Positions 10,201 to 18,457 of a DNA stretch of 64,000 nt are shown piece by piece. The DNA lies in the IMG/VR virus record IMGVR_UViG_3300044724_004793, positions 32,001 to 96,000 of that record. One strand, 5' to 3'. A program made the translations under genes and the position numbers. How positions within the stretch are numbered: position 1 is the first letter of the stretch; each line of letters starts with the position of its first letter. The DNA comes from a virus. A model generated the notes under the pieces. The model searched no databases, was not told the DNA's origin, and saw only the letters and a list, made by a program, of their open reading frames with translations.

Positions 10201-10477
10201 CTTTGTGTTCGAACCTAATGACAAGATCACAAGAGACGAACTAAAACAACTACTTGAACAGTTAATGAATGATCTTGTTGCAAAGCGTGGCATTTACGAT
10301 TACATAGTTGTTTGTGACGAGAGCAATAATACAAATGACAGAATTGATCGTAACGAATTGTATGTTGATATTGCTATTGAACCTACCAAGGCTGCGGAAT
10401 TTATCTTTATTCCAATTAGACTTAAGAACACTGGTGAGATTGCAAGTGGCAACGTAGCCGCCTCACAGAGTGTTTAA
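7229..10477 (+). CDS. gp18: tail sheath protein with large internal insertion
   Basis: MALVSPGVEVTVVDES start. C-terminal WFAPAGTRRG, YGNKT, LDRINVSRL, FVFEPND, IEPTKAAEFIFIP. Confidence 0.95.
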   Translation: MALVSPGVEVTVVDESQYVPADQGTVASIIVATAQDKTTGSGSGTAVGTTAANAGKTYLIGSQRELTSTFGNPSFYTTAGGTPIHGYEINEYGLMAAHSLLGVSNRVYVTRADVDLGELVASTSRPTGNPAAGTVWLDSSLDSRWGIFSWNASTGAFTNKVPTVITSTSDLDGGVPKTSIGAIGDYAIVGTNVANPAYYKNRSNAWVLVGSTGWQQSWPTISGTTASPTLVNGNTIVINSSTVTLSGTTASALASNINSAGITGVTAAAVDNKVEIYATSSAASDGSTTDGKVVLANGSGTILSLSGLTAGTYACPLVQQSQHFTVPEWKSTDTTPRPSGSVWVKTTANNLGADLDVGVYDTTTQQFATVDAPLYENDQTALKNLDSTGGKAIAAGVYYTQFDVTENDTVTYKLFSRFATGVLEVTGNVDAATPLTASDQFTIQASAANSTTLTSAATVTISGTSLADIASDINGANVANVSAEVTSSGFLKIKHALGGMLILKDTTGTPLTDAGIVTAITTGQVRAGNSSDLIVSNWVAPTYTISTSSPSSDPADQRYWYHGGLDVDIMIHDGGTWKGYQNVTSDARGHNLSNTSPNGVIISATEPLTQSDETTVVVGDLWLDSSDLDNYPKIYRYETVDSENVWVLIDNTDQNTENGILFADARFIGDTTTDVVTGTIPTTKTLLTSDVVDIDRPDPAIYPRGMLLFNTRRSSYTVKQFRSNYFSRTNFSDTTLYPTLPTEKDAWVTASGNKNDGSPYMGRKAVRSVVSAAMKSAIDASEELREDSRDFNVIAAPGYPELIANMVSLNNDRRNTAFVVGDTPMRLAAIGSTLQNWATNANSASDNGDDGLTTTDPFLGVFYPAGQTTDLSGSTITVPASHMILRTIARSDDQSFQWFAPAGTRRGLVDNVGSIGYINSATGEFVTDNVRESLRDTLYTNNINPITFFNGVGILNYGNKTNAASTSALDRINVSRLIAYLRKTLQRTAVGFVFEPNDKITRDELKQLLEQLMNDLVAKRGIYDYIVVCDESNNTNDRIDRNELYVDIAIEPTKAAEFIFIPIRLKNTGEIASGNVAASQSV

Positions 10478-10498
10478 AGCACATAGAAAATAGAAAAT

Positions 10499-10530
10499 AA
10501 TGGGGGATCTGTAATAGACCCCCCATTTTT
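10499..10530 (+). terminator. rho-independent terminator
   Basis: AATGGGGG..TCT/AGA..CCCCCATT stem followed by a T-run after the sheath gene. Confidence 0.75.
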
Positions 10531-10577
10531 CTTGAGCAAATATAGATAAATATTATTATAAAAGGGAGATACGACAG

Positions 10578-11195
10578 ATGTCAGTTTCATCACTAACAAA
10601 ATTTACTGTGCCATTAGACAGTGATCAGTCAGCTAACGCACAGGGCTTGCTTATGCCCAAACTTAAATATAGATTCCGTGCATTATTTGAAAATCTTGGC
10701 GTATCTACTCCACGGACGGAACTAACTAAACAAGTAATGGATATTACTCGACCCAGCGTTACGTTTGAAGAAATGGAAATTCCAGTTTACAACTCACGTG
10801 TTTATCTTTCAGGCAAACATAGTTGGGATATGGTTACAGTTAACTTCCGCGATGATGTAAACGGCGCTGTAAGTAGATTACTAGGCGAGCAAGTTCAAAA
10901 GCAATTTGACGTTTTAGAACAATCTAGTGCTGCATCAGGTATTGACTACAAATTTATTACACGTTTTGAAATCTTAGACGGCGGCAACGGAGCAAGTGTT
11001 GCTAATGTGCTTGAAACCTGGGAACTATACGGATGCTTCTTGCAGAACGTGAACTACAATGATTTAAACTATGCATCAAATGAGCCTGTAACAATTACAG
11101 CATCTATCCGCTTTGATAATGCAGTGCAAACGCCAATCGGAGACGGCGTTGGTGCAACAGTGGCCAGAAGTATTGGCTCAGTTGTAACTGGTTAA
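10578..11195 (+). CDS. gp19: tail tube protein
   Basis: Follows the sheath gene. PKLKYRFR, RPSVTFEE, GKHSW, WELYGCF, LNYASNEPVTI..SIRFDNA. Confidence 0.88.
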   Translation: MSVSSLTKFTVPLDSDQSANAQGLLMPKLKYRFRALFENLGVSTPRTELTKQVMDITRPSVTFEEMEIPVYNSRVYLSGKHSWDMVTVNFRDDVNGAVSRLLGEQVQKQFDVLEQSSAASGIDYKFITRFEILDGGNGASVANVLETWELYGCFLQNVNYNDLNYASNEPVTITASIRFDNAVQTPIGDGVGATVARSIGSVVTG

Positions 11196-11212
11196 CTACT
11201 AAATTTATTAAG

Positions 11213-11241
11213 AAAGCCCCCAAGATTTTGGGGGTTTTTTT
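11213..11241 (+). terminator. rho-independent terminator
   Basis: AAAGCCCCCAA-GATT-TTGGGGGTTTTTTT. Confidence 0.8.
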
Positions 11242-11270
11242 ATGGATAAATACTGTATAGGAGAATTGGT

Positions 11271-12638
11271 TTGGCCAGTGTTAACACATTACTGAATTCA
11301 CTTGCAAAAGGCGATCAGATTAAAGATTTTCAGCATGCTTCAAGGCTGTTTGTAGACAATAACTATGAACTACAGCCTAGGCACCAGCACCTATTTGCTG
11401 TAGTTTTTAACTTCACACCTGATGCCGCCCGCCTCTTTAACAGTGTGGAGAAGATGGAAATACCAATGTTGGTAAAGACTATAGATTTGCCAGGATTTAG
11501 TATCCAAACTGAAACACACAATCAATACAATAAGCAGACGCATAGTCAACATAAGATTAATTATAGCCCTGTAAATATTGCATTTCATGATGACCAAAGA
11601 GATCTTATAAGAAGTTTTTTACACACCTATCAAAATTTTTATTATAAAGACAGTAGCCACGCCTTGGGCAGTGGCATTTATAATACTGAAAACAAATACA
11701 GTGGTTATCAGAACGGCCAATGGGGTTTTAGTCAGGGCAACACAAGATTCTTTAAAGATATTAGAGTATACTCTATGTATCAAAAACGTTTTGCAGAATA
11801 CACACTTATAAATCCTATCGTAACTAATATCGGGCATGATAGTCATGCATATGCCAGTGGCGGGTTAATGCAACATACTATGAGTTTTGCTTACGAAGCA
11901 GTAAAATATAGCACAGGGTTTGTTAATAACATTAATCCAAAGGGATTTGGTGAGATACATTATGATAAAACACCAAGTCCTCTGGGCACTGCTGGTGGAT
12001 TATTAGATGATACTGTATTATTCCAAGGGGGATTGCTGGATACAGCAGGTAGTATAGCTCGAGATTTATTTGACGGAAATTTGCTTGGCGCAGTAATAAA
12101 AGGCGGGGTTATTTTCAACGAGGCAAGGGATATAGATTTAGGTGATGTGCTAGAAAAAGATGGCACACGCATATTAGGTAGTATTCTCAGAGGAGAAAAT
12201 CCGTTGAACGATATTATTATTCCTACTACACAAGGCAGTCGAACACTTGGCGGCACTCCACCTAATAGAGGTTCAGTTGATAGGAATACTAATCCTTCTC
12301 CAAGCACAGTAACAAGCAATGGTGTCAGTGTGTTAAATAATGTATTTCGTACTCCTGGTATTAATCCAAATACACCAATAGGATCCAATCGTGCTGTGCC
12401 AAATCGCACAGGCACAAGGGCTACTCCTAACAATATTGGTGATATTCTTACAAATTTCTTTACAGGCGGAAGTAATGCAAATCAAAAGGCTACTAAAGTG
12501 CAGCAATTGGAACAAAGATTGGCTCAGCTGAATAGCCAAATAGCCAATCCCCCACCAGGCGGTGTCCCTACATTTATTATTAAAGAAAGAGATGATCTAA
12601 AATCACGAATTGATTTAGAATTTGGAATAGGTTTATAA
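11271..12638 (+). CDS. tail tube-like baseplate/tube initiator protein (gp48/gp54-like)
   Basis: The N-terminal half has a tube-fold pattern (VKTIDLPGF, NQYNK, INYSPVNIAFHDD, YTLINP, TMSFAYE). Low-complexity C-terminus. Confidence 0.6.
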   Translation: MASVNTLLNSLAKGDQIKDFQHASRLFVDNNYELQPRHQHLFAVVFNFTPDAARLFNSVEKMEIPMLVKTIDLPGFSIQTETHNQYNKQTHSQHKINYSPVNIAFHDDQRDLIRSFLHTYQNFYYKDSSHALGSGIYNTENKYSGYQNGQWGFSQGNTRFFKDIRVYSMYQKRFAEYTLINPIVTNIGHDSHAYASGGLMQHTMSFAYEAVKYSTGFVNNINPKGFGEIHYDKTPSPLGTAGGLLDDTVLFQGGLLDTAGSIARDLFDGNLLGAVIKGGVIFNEARDIDLGDVLEKDGTRILGSILRGENPLNDIIIPTTQGSRTLGGTPPNRGSVDRNTNPSPSTVTSNGVSVLNNVFRTPGINPNTPIGSNRAVPNRTGTRATPNNIGDILTNFFTGGSNANQKATKVQQLEQRLAQLNSQIANPPPGGVPTFIIKERDDLKSRIDLEFGIGL

Positions 12639-13012
12639 TGGCAATAGATACAAGCACAGAACTAGTAGATCCTAATACAAGTATAGATGACTATGTAACC
12701 CAATACTTCCAAGAGTACTTTGGCCAAAAACATGTAGTAGACCAAAACGACTTTGAATTAGTAAAAAGTTTTTTTCAAGCAAGAACAGACAACCCTAATA
12801 ACCCAAGTGTGGGCGCAAACACAGTAGCAGTGCTTCTGGCTGCTGATCAACTTAAAGTATACCCAAGTGATATTATACAACGAATAGATACAGCAGATTA
12901 CAAGAAAACTTTCTCATTAATATTAAACTTAACTAGACAGGGCGTTAGCTTAATAGGATATGAACAACCCAAAACAACATCTATAGAAAACAGTAGACAG
13001 GTAATAGCGTAA
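12638..13012 (+). CDS. hypothetical protein (structural module)
   Basis: Translationally coupled ORF (TAATG overlaps on both sides). Confidence 0.75.
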   Translation: MAIDTSTELVDPNTSIDDYVTQYFQEYFGQKHVVDQNDFELVKSFFQARTDNPNNPSVGANTVAVLLAADQLKVYPSDIIQRIDTADYKKTFSLILNLTRQGVSLIGYEQPKTTSIENSRQVIA

Positions 13013-13446
13013 TGCGTTGGGCCAATGGCTTGTATGAGATGGCAAATCCTACCAAGTATGCTGGTAATCGCAAACCCAGGTATCGCAGTAGTTGGGAACA
13101 TGCTTTTATGCGCTTTTGTGATAACCATCCAAGCGTAATGAGTTGGGCAAGCGAAAGTATTAAGATACCATATCGTAATCCACTAACAGGCAAACAGAGT
13201 GTTTACGTGCCTGACTTTTTTATAATGTATCAGAACAGCAATGGCAAAAAACGTGCAGAGCTAATAGAGATAAAGCCAGAGAGTCAGACCAGATTAGGCG
13301 CAAAGACAAGTCAACACGACAAACTTGCTATTGCAATCAACCATGCAAAGTGGGAAGCCGCAGCAAAATGGTGCAAGCTCAAAGGCGTGCAGTTTAGAAT
13401 AGTTACTGAAAGTGATATCTTTCATCAGGGTAAAAAGCGCAGATAA
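13012..13446 (+). CDS. gp4: head completion nuclease (T4 gp4 / TnsA-like)
   Basis: NPTKYAG, YRSSWE, WASE, IPYRNP, YVPDF, LIEIKP, NHAKWEAA, FRIVTE. Confidence 0.9.
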   Translation: MRWANGLYEMANPTKYAGNRKPRYRSSWEHAFMRFCDNHPSVMSWASESIKIPYRNPLTGKQSVYVPDFFIMYQNSNGKKRAELIEIKPESQTRLGAKTSQHDKLAIAINHAKWEAAAKWCKLKGVQFRIVTESDIFHQGKKRR

Positions 13447-13454
13447 GTATTCGT

Positions 13455-13943
13455 ATGACAAAAAAATTAGAATCACTTTTTGACCTTGATGATGCTGCTC
13501 CTGATGTAGATACTGAAGAAGCAGTTGAAGCAGTACAGGCTATTACAGCAAGTGCACCAGATCTTACCACAGCATTGGAAGCAGTGGACAAAATTGATGC
13601 GGCGTTGCCAATGATACGTGACTTGGAAACAAGTGACACTGAACTAGACGATATTGCTAACACCGCACGTAATACATTTCAAGATCTAATGGACCTGGGT
13701 ATGAATGTAGAAGCACGTTTTGCAGGTGAAATTTTTAACAATGCTAGTAAGATGCTGGACACTGCACTCAGTGCCAAGAACAACAAGATAAACAAAAAGC
13801 TGAAAATGATTGATCTACAGCTAAAGAAGGCACAATTAGACCTCAAAAAGAAGCAGGCGGGCGAGCATGATGTTGAGGAAACTGAGGGTGTTGTAATGGA
13901 TCGTAACCAGCTTCTTATGGAAATTTTAGGCAAAGAAGCATAA
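13455..13943 (-). other. no supported minus-strand gene here (overlapping antisense ORFs are shadows)
   Basis: The antisense ORFs lie entirely within plus-strand genes and have no motifs. Confidence 0.3.
13455..13943 (+). CDS. putative terminase small subunit (gp16-like)
   Basis: MTKKLESLFDL start, helical/coiled-coil body and VVMDRNQLL C-terminus resemble gp16. Lies upstream of TerL. Confidence 0.55.
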   Translation: MTKKLESLFDLDDAAPDVDTEEAVEAVQAITASAPDLTTALEAVDKIDAALPMIRDLETSDTELDDIANTARNTFQDLMDLGMNVEARFAGEIFNNASKMLDTALSAKNNKINKKLKMIDLQLKKAQLDLKKKQAGEHDVEETEGVVMDRNQLLMEILGKEA

Positions 13944-13964
13944 ATATATTATAGGATGATAACT

Positions 13965-14465
13965 ATGAAGACGTTTACAGATTACCTCATTGAGAACGAA
14001 CAAGAATACACATTCCGTATTAAAATTGCATGTGAGTGCGATGATGATATGCTTGACAATATGGAAACTGCCCTTGAGAAATGGGACCTTAAAAGTCTTA
14101 GTAAACCCAAGCGTACCCCAATTCAGGAGCATCCCATGGACTTCCAAACATTGCAAAATGTAGAAGTTAACATTATGGATGCAGTACTACAATATCCTGC
14201 CACAGCAGATCAGATTTACCAGTATGTAAGTGAAACAGTGGGCATTCCACTAAGTCATATGGTTGTTATCAACAAAGATCATCCTGAAGAGATTGCTAGA
14301 GAAGAGTCCCTAAAAGAGGAAGACGAAGAGTATGTCGTCAAACTAGAAGACAGCGAATACAAAGACGCTGGTGATGTTAAAGTTGATGACAACTTTGGCG
14401 ACAAATACAACGAAAATATGTTGAAAGATTTAGAGACTCGCAAATACGAGTTTGCAAAGGAATAG
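13965..14465 (+). CDS. putative head-internal protein with capsid-targeting-like N-terminus
   Basis: MKTFTDYLIE resembles the T4 IP capsid-targeting sequence. Late promoter ATAAATA at ~13940. Confidence 0.6.
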   Translation: MKTFTDYLIENEQEYTFRIKIACECDDDMLDNMETALEKWDLKSLSKPKRTPIQEHPMDFQTLQNVEVNIMDAVLQYPATADQIYQYVSETVGIPLSHMVVINKDHPEEIAREESLKEEDEEYVVKLEDSEYKDAGDVKVDDNFGDKYNENMLKDLETRKYEFAKE

Positions 14466-14469
14466 AATA

Positions 14470-15630
14470 ATGCACATGATTGACGTAATGGCAAAACTGA
14501 AAGATATTGCAGAAAGCGGATACGACAACGAAGATATCCAGCGTGGCATTGATGCCGCAGCTACACAAGTATTTGCGGAAGAAGAAGCAGTTGCTGAAGA
14601 AGAACTTTCAGAAAAACGTGGCAGTAAAAAAAGAAGCATGCAAAAAAATGATGTTGCTAACGACAAAGAGCCAGTTGAAGAGGAAGAAGAAGTAGTTGAA
14701 GAAGGCTACTACGAAATGCCTCCCATGGATAGAGAGCGTTACACAGATATACCAGGTCTGGAAGGCCCATTTACAACACGCTCAGGCAAAGTTGTTTACT
14801 ATGATCCCAAAGAAGGCAAGTATTACGATAGAGATTCCGATATGTATCTTAGTTATGAAGAGTTTAAGGATTATGATCAAAGTAGACCAGAAGACTTTAA
14901 GATTACCAAGATGGAATTGCCCAAAAGTATGGAAAAAGAGAGTGTTGAAGAAGTGCATGAAGATGTAGAAGAAGACACCAGCTTGGATGATATGCTTAAA
15001 CTTGCAGGTCGCAGCGGTGTAATGGGACTTAGCCAGAACAACATCATTGCTGAAAGCCTAGAGCTTGACGAAGAAGATGAAGTAGAAGTTCGTGAAGACA
15101 CTCAGGAAAATGAGGTCAAGCGTGTTATTGCTAAGATACTTGGCAGATATCGTCCTCTAACTTATGATGATTTTGATAACGAAGATCTAAACTCTGCTTT
15201 ATATGATTTCTTTAGTAACAGTGGCGAAATACCATATGATGTTGTAACAAGTGGTGATCCTAATGAATGGATTTTTGATAAACTAAACAGTCTAGGTATG
15301 ACAGAAGATTTACAAGAAGAAGCAGTGGAGGAAACTGTAGCAGTTCCTGTACAAGCACTTGAAGAACTAATGCGTCTAGCAGGTTATGAGAACTACGAAG
15401 CAAAGATCAACGAGTATGAAAACGATCCTGAAGTAGAGTATATGGACGTTGAGGATCAAATGATTGGTCTCAGTGGTGGACTTAATGGTCCTAAGAAAGC
15501 ATATGCAGCCGCGGCAGGTGGTGACAATGCTATGGCACAGGAACCAACAGAAGTTGATGAGAGTTTAGAAGAATCATTTTACTCAGAGTATAGTAAGATG
15601 GTAGAAGATCTTAGATCAGAAGATGATTAA
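14470..15630 (+). CDS. acidic modular protein (prohead core / internal protein-like)
   Basis: Very Glu-rich, with many (I/L/V)xE motifs separating short modules. Confidence 0.6.
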   Translation: MHMIDVMAKLKDIAESGYDNEDIQRGIDAAATQVFAEEEAVAEEELSEKRGSKKRSMQKNDVANDKEPVEEEEEVVEEGYYEMPPMDRERYTDIPGLEGPFTTRSGKVVYYDPKEGKYYDRDSDMYLSYEEFKDYDQSRPEDFKITKMELPKSMEKESVEEVHEDVEEDTSLDDMLKLAGRSGVMGLSQNNIIAESLELDEEDEVEVREDTQENEVKRVIAKILGRYRPLTYDDFDNEDLNSALYDFFSNSGEIPYDVVTSGDPNEWIFDKLNSLGMTEDLQEEAVEETVAVPVQALEELMRLAGYENYEAKINEYENDPEVEYMDVEDQMIGLSGGLNGPKKAYAAAAGGDNAMAQEPTEVDESLEESFYSEYSKMVEDLRSEDD

Positions 15631-16039
15631 ATCTTACAAAGATTATTTAACAGAAGCAGAGCAGGCTATGGTCCCACAGCCTGGAGACTGTCTGCATTTT
15701 ATTACTGAAGATGGCGTTGAGCATATCCAGTTAGAAAGGGATTCCGCCGTCGACAAACTGGCAGACGCCGCTGGCATAAAAAAATATGGCAAAAAGGCCT
15801 GGGGTTGGATAAAAAAAACACTTGGTATTGGTGGTGGTGTTGGCGCCGGAGCAGGTGCAGGACTTTTAGGAGGCGCTCTATTAGGTGGAGGTGGTGGTGG
15901 TAGTGGTGCTTTTAAAGCAGGATATGATTTAGCCAGTAACCAATTTGTAGGTGATAATCCCCTTATAGAGACACTTAACAAACAAGTCCACACTGAATAC
16001 CCACAAAATATCTCCCATTTTATAATAGATCTACGATAA
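15623..16039 (+). CDS. glycine-zipper protein with capsid-targeting-like N-terminus
   Basis: MIKSYKDYLTE start; KKAWGWIKKTLGIGGGVGAGAGAGLLGGALLGGGGGG. Confidence 0.6.
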   Translation: MIKSYKDYLTEAEQAMVPQPGDCLHFITEDGVEHIQLERDSAVDKLADAAGIKKYGKKAWGWIKKTLGIGGGVGAGAGAGLLGGALLGGGGGGSGAFKAGYDLASNQFVGDNPLIETLNKQVHTEYPQNISHFIIDLR

Positions 16040-16058
16040 TCCCTTAGAGTAAAACTAT

Positions 16059-16664
16059 ATGGCAAGTCTTGACAATATGGTTCACGAAATACCAGAGCTA
16101 TCTTTAGATTTGGATACGTGCTACAATGTAATACAACACGCAGAGGATACAAACTCTACGGATAGTAGCTTTCAGGTTCCTGATCTATACTTTAAATATC
16201 TCACTAATAAAATCTATGCTAAGATTGACAATGCAATTATAATGAAGTTTTGGCCTGATAGCTGGTTAAATTGGCATAAAGACGTAATAAGAACAGCCGC
16301 TATAAACGTATTACTAACTGATAACCATAGTAGCTACGAAAGTCTAATGATAAACCCCGCTACACATGAAGTACATAATATAAATTATACAACTGGCGTT
16401 CCTTTACTGTATAATACAAGAAATATACACATGGTGCGTAATAATCATTTAACTTGTCCAAGATATATTTTAAGTATCTCCTTTAACGATAACATGCATA
16501 GCGGCAGTAATTTTACGTTCCAAGAACTAGTCGAATTATATAATAGGAGGTTATTGATTAATAACACTCAGCAAGTACAGAAATCTCCTAAACTATACTG
16601 GTCTAAAGACAAAATTACTGCTGATATAGATAACCAAGTTTTAGATAAATACACTGCTAACTAA
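16059..16664 (+). CDS. cupin / 2OG-Fe(II) oxygenase-like protein
   Basis: WHKD (HxD), distal H in NTRNIHMV, RYILSISF. AT-rich insert. Confidence 0.55.
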   Translation: MASLDNMVHEIPELSLDLDTCYNVIQHAEDTNSTDSSFQVPDLYFKYLTNKIYAKIDNAIIMKFWPDSWLNWHKDVIRTAAINVLLTDNHSSYESLMINPATHEVHNINYTTGVPLLYNTRNIHMVRNNHLTCPRYILSISFNDNMHSGSNFTFQELVELYNRRLLINNTQQVQKSPKLYWSKDKITADIDNQVLDKYTAN

Positions 16665-16727
16665 AATGTTAGTTTATGCAGGATACCACCTGCGTAGCCC
16701 TAGAACGGCCCAACAAGGAGAAACAAA

Positions 16728-17165
16728 ATGGGTAGACCAATGAAACTTGCCGAAACAGTAGACGGCAATTTAAAAGTAGCAGCAGCAAATACCAGTGGTA
16801 CAATTGGTGATACAGCCCTTAGCGGTAGTACACAGATCCAATTCACAGGATTTGTTGAAGGCGGTAGCGCAAACACAGGTTATGCTAGTGCTCAAAAGGG
16901 TTCAACAACATTTAAGATTACTACTTCAGACGGCACAGGAGATCTTATCCTAAACGCTGTTGCAAGTGGTTCACTTAGTGCAGGCGAATGCCAACTTACA
17001 GCAACTGACAGTGATGCAAATACTTACTATGTAAGTAAGATTACTTCACGTTATGTAACACTAGTACCAAACGATGGTGTACAGTTCACAAGTGGACAAC
17101 GTGCACTATGGGTTGCTAGCGGTAGCGAAGTAAGCGGCTCAGCAGTCAGCATTCCGCTAGCATAA
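16728..17165 (+). CDS. putative virion structural protein
   Basis: Strong AAGGAG SD, late promoter, S/T/G/A-rich beta-type composition. Confidence 0.55.
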   Translation: MGRPMKLAETVDGNLKVAAANTSGTIGDTALSGSTQIQFTGFVEGGSANTGYASAQKGSTTFKITTSDGTGDLILNAVASGSLSAGECQLTATDSDANTYYVSKITSRYVTLVPNDGVQFTSGQRALWVASGSEVSGSAVSIPLA

Positions 17166-17177
17166 TAAGGTTTTACT

Positions 17178-17753
17178 TTGGATATTAGCCAAATAAAACA
17201 ACGCTTATCAAGCATTCAAAACAGTTGCCCTAGAACTAGGGCAACTGAATGCTTTTGCGAAAGCGTTAACAAGATACAAGAAGCAGAGCAAGATATAATT
17301 GCAGTCTGCAATCTTGAACACTCAGACACAGTGACGGGCACCATTCTGTTTATACAGCGCGGTGACAGTCCTACCTTAATAAAGGGAACAATCACTGGAT
17401 TACAACCTGGTAAGCATGGGTTTCACATACATGAGTATGGAGACTTGAGCAAGGGTTGTGAATCTGCTGGTGCTCACTACAATCCTGACGGTGTAGATCA
17501 TGGAGATCTGGAGCAGGGCCATGTGGGGGACTTAGGCAATATTGAAGCAAACGATCAAGGAATCGCAAACTTTAGTATTGTTTCAAAACGTGTTGATCTA
17601 ACAGGTGATCGTAGCATCGTGGGCAGAGCCGCAGTGGTTCATGCTGATGAAGACGATCTAGGTCAAGGCGGAGATGAAGAAAGCCTCAAAACCGGTAATG
17701 CTGGGGATCGATTGGCATGCGGCGTAATAGTCCTTGCCAAAACAGATACCTAA
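17178..17753 (+). CDS. sodC: Cu/Zn superoxide dismutase
   Basis: GKHGFHIHEYGD, GCESAGAHYNP, HVGDLGNI, SIVGRAAVVHADEDDLG, TGNAGDRLACGVI. Confidence 0.97.
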   Translation: MDISQIKQRLSSIQNSCPRTRATECFCESVNKIQEAEQDIIAVCNLEHSDTVTGTILFIQRGDSPTLIKGTITGLQPGKHGFHIHEYGDLSKGCESAGAHYNPDGVDHGDLEQGHVGDLGNIEANDQGIANFSIVSKRVDLTGDRSIVGRAAVVHADEDDLGQGGDEESLKTGNAGDRLACGVIVLAKTDT

Positions 17754-17765
17754 GGAGATAAAAAT

Positions 17766-17933
17766 ATGAAAATTGTAAATTGGGTAAAAGACCGTATCGC
17801 TGAACGTACCTCATGGGACGGCGGCGTAGTAATTGCAGTTAGTGTTCTTGCACTAATTGCTAGTCCTATTATTAAATGGGTAGCATGGGCAGGGCTTGCC
17901 TATGGTATTTGGACAATTATTAAGAAAGACTGA
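17766..17933 (+). CDS. small two-TM membrane protein (holin-like), not in ORF track
   Basis: MKIVNWVKDRIAERTSWDGGVVIAVSVLALIASPIIKWVAWAGLAYGIWTIIKKD; AAGGAG SD. Confidence 0.7.
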   Translation: MKIVNWVKDRIAERTSWDGGVVIAVSVLALIASPIIKWVAWAGLAYGIWTIIKKD

Positions 17934-17956
17934 CAAATAACATTACGTTAAAGATT

Positions 17957-17990
17957 AAGGATCAGTGAGTAATATCACTGGTCCTTTTTT
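17957..17990 (+). terminator. rho-independent terminator
   Basis: AAGGATCAGTGA...TCACTGGTCCTTTTTT. Confidence 0.8.
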
Positions 17991-18022
17991 GTTAATAAGT
18001 ATATTATGTAGGAGTTAACCAT

Positions 18023-18457
18023 ATGCGTGATGAATATTTTTTACCATTTAATGACATGATTGTCAGCACACGCGAAGAAACAGGACATGCACTACCAGAA
18101 AATGTAGAAGTCTATGTTAGTGCACTATTAGCAAGTTTTATCAATAAACCAGATTTTTTACCAGAAAAATCCTTTGCAGAGGCGTATGCTATTTTAACTA
18201 ACAAAGATTACACTAGTGCTAAACATCTGGGAGACACTTGTTTATTTTTAAGCGGAGTCTTTCCTAAGTACGGGGTCCGATATGGGTTAAATAAGACATA
18301 CTATAGACGTATTGGGAGCAGTAGTTACGGCATAGCCAGTGAACGACTACAACAAGACGTTTTTCAATTGTTGTCAAGACATTTTAATTTTGTAGCAGAA
18401 TACATTCAAGTATCAATCAACCCAAGAGTAACTTTAAGGATTTTTGATGAGTCGTAG
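18023..18457 (+). CDS. hypothetical helical protein
   Basis: 144 aa ORF with AGGAG SD; LGDTCLFLSGVFP...YYRRIGSSSY motif. Confidence 0.75.
   Translation: MRDEYFLPFNDMIVSTREETGHALPENVEVYVSALLASFINKPDFLPEKSFAEAYAILTNKDYTSAKHLGDTCLFLSGVFPKYGVRYGLNKTYYRRIGSSSYGIASERLQQDVFQLLSRHFNFVAEYIQVSINPRVTLRIFDES

Noticed and set aside
13012-13446. TnsA transposase of a Tn7-like element
   Set aside because: Size, motifs and context match T4 gp4 head-completion nuclease; no TnsB/C present
15643-16152. 169-aa Pro-rich antisense ORF
   Set aside because: Shadow of the Gly-rich plus-strand gene
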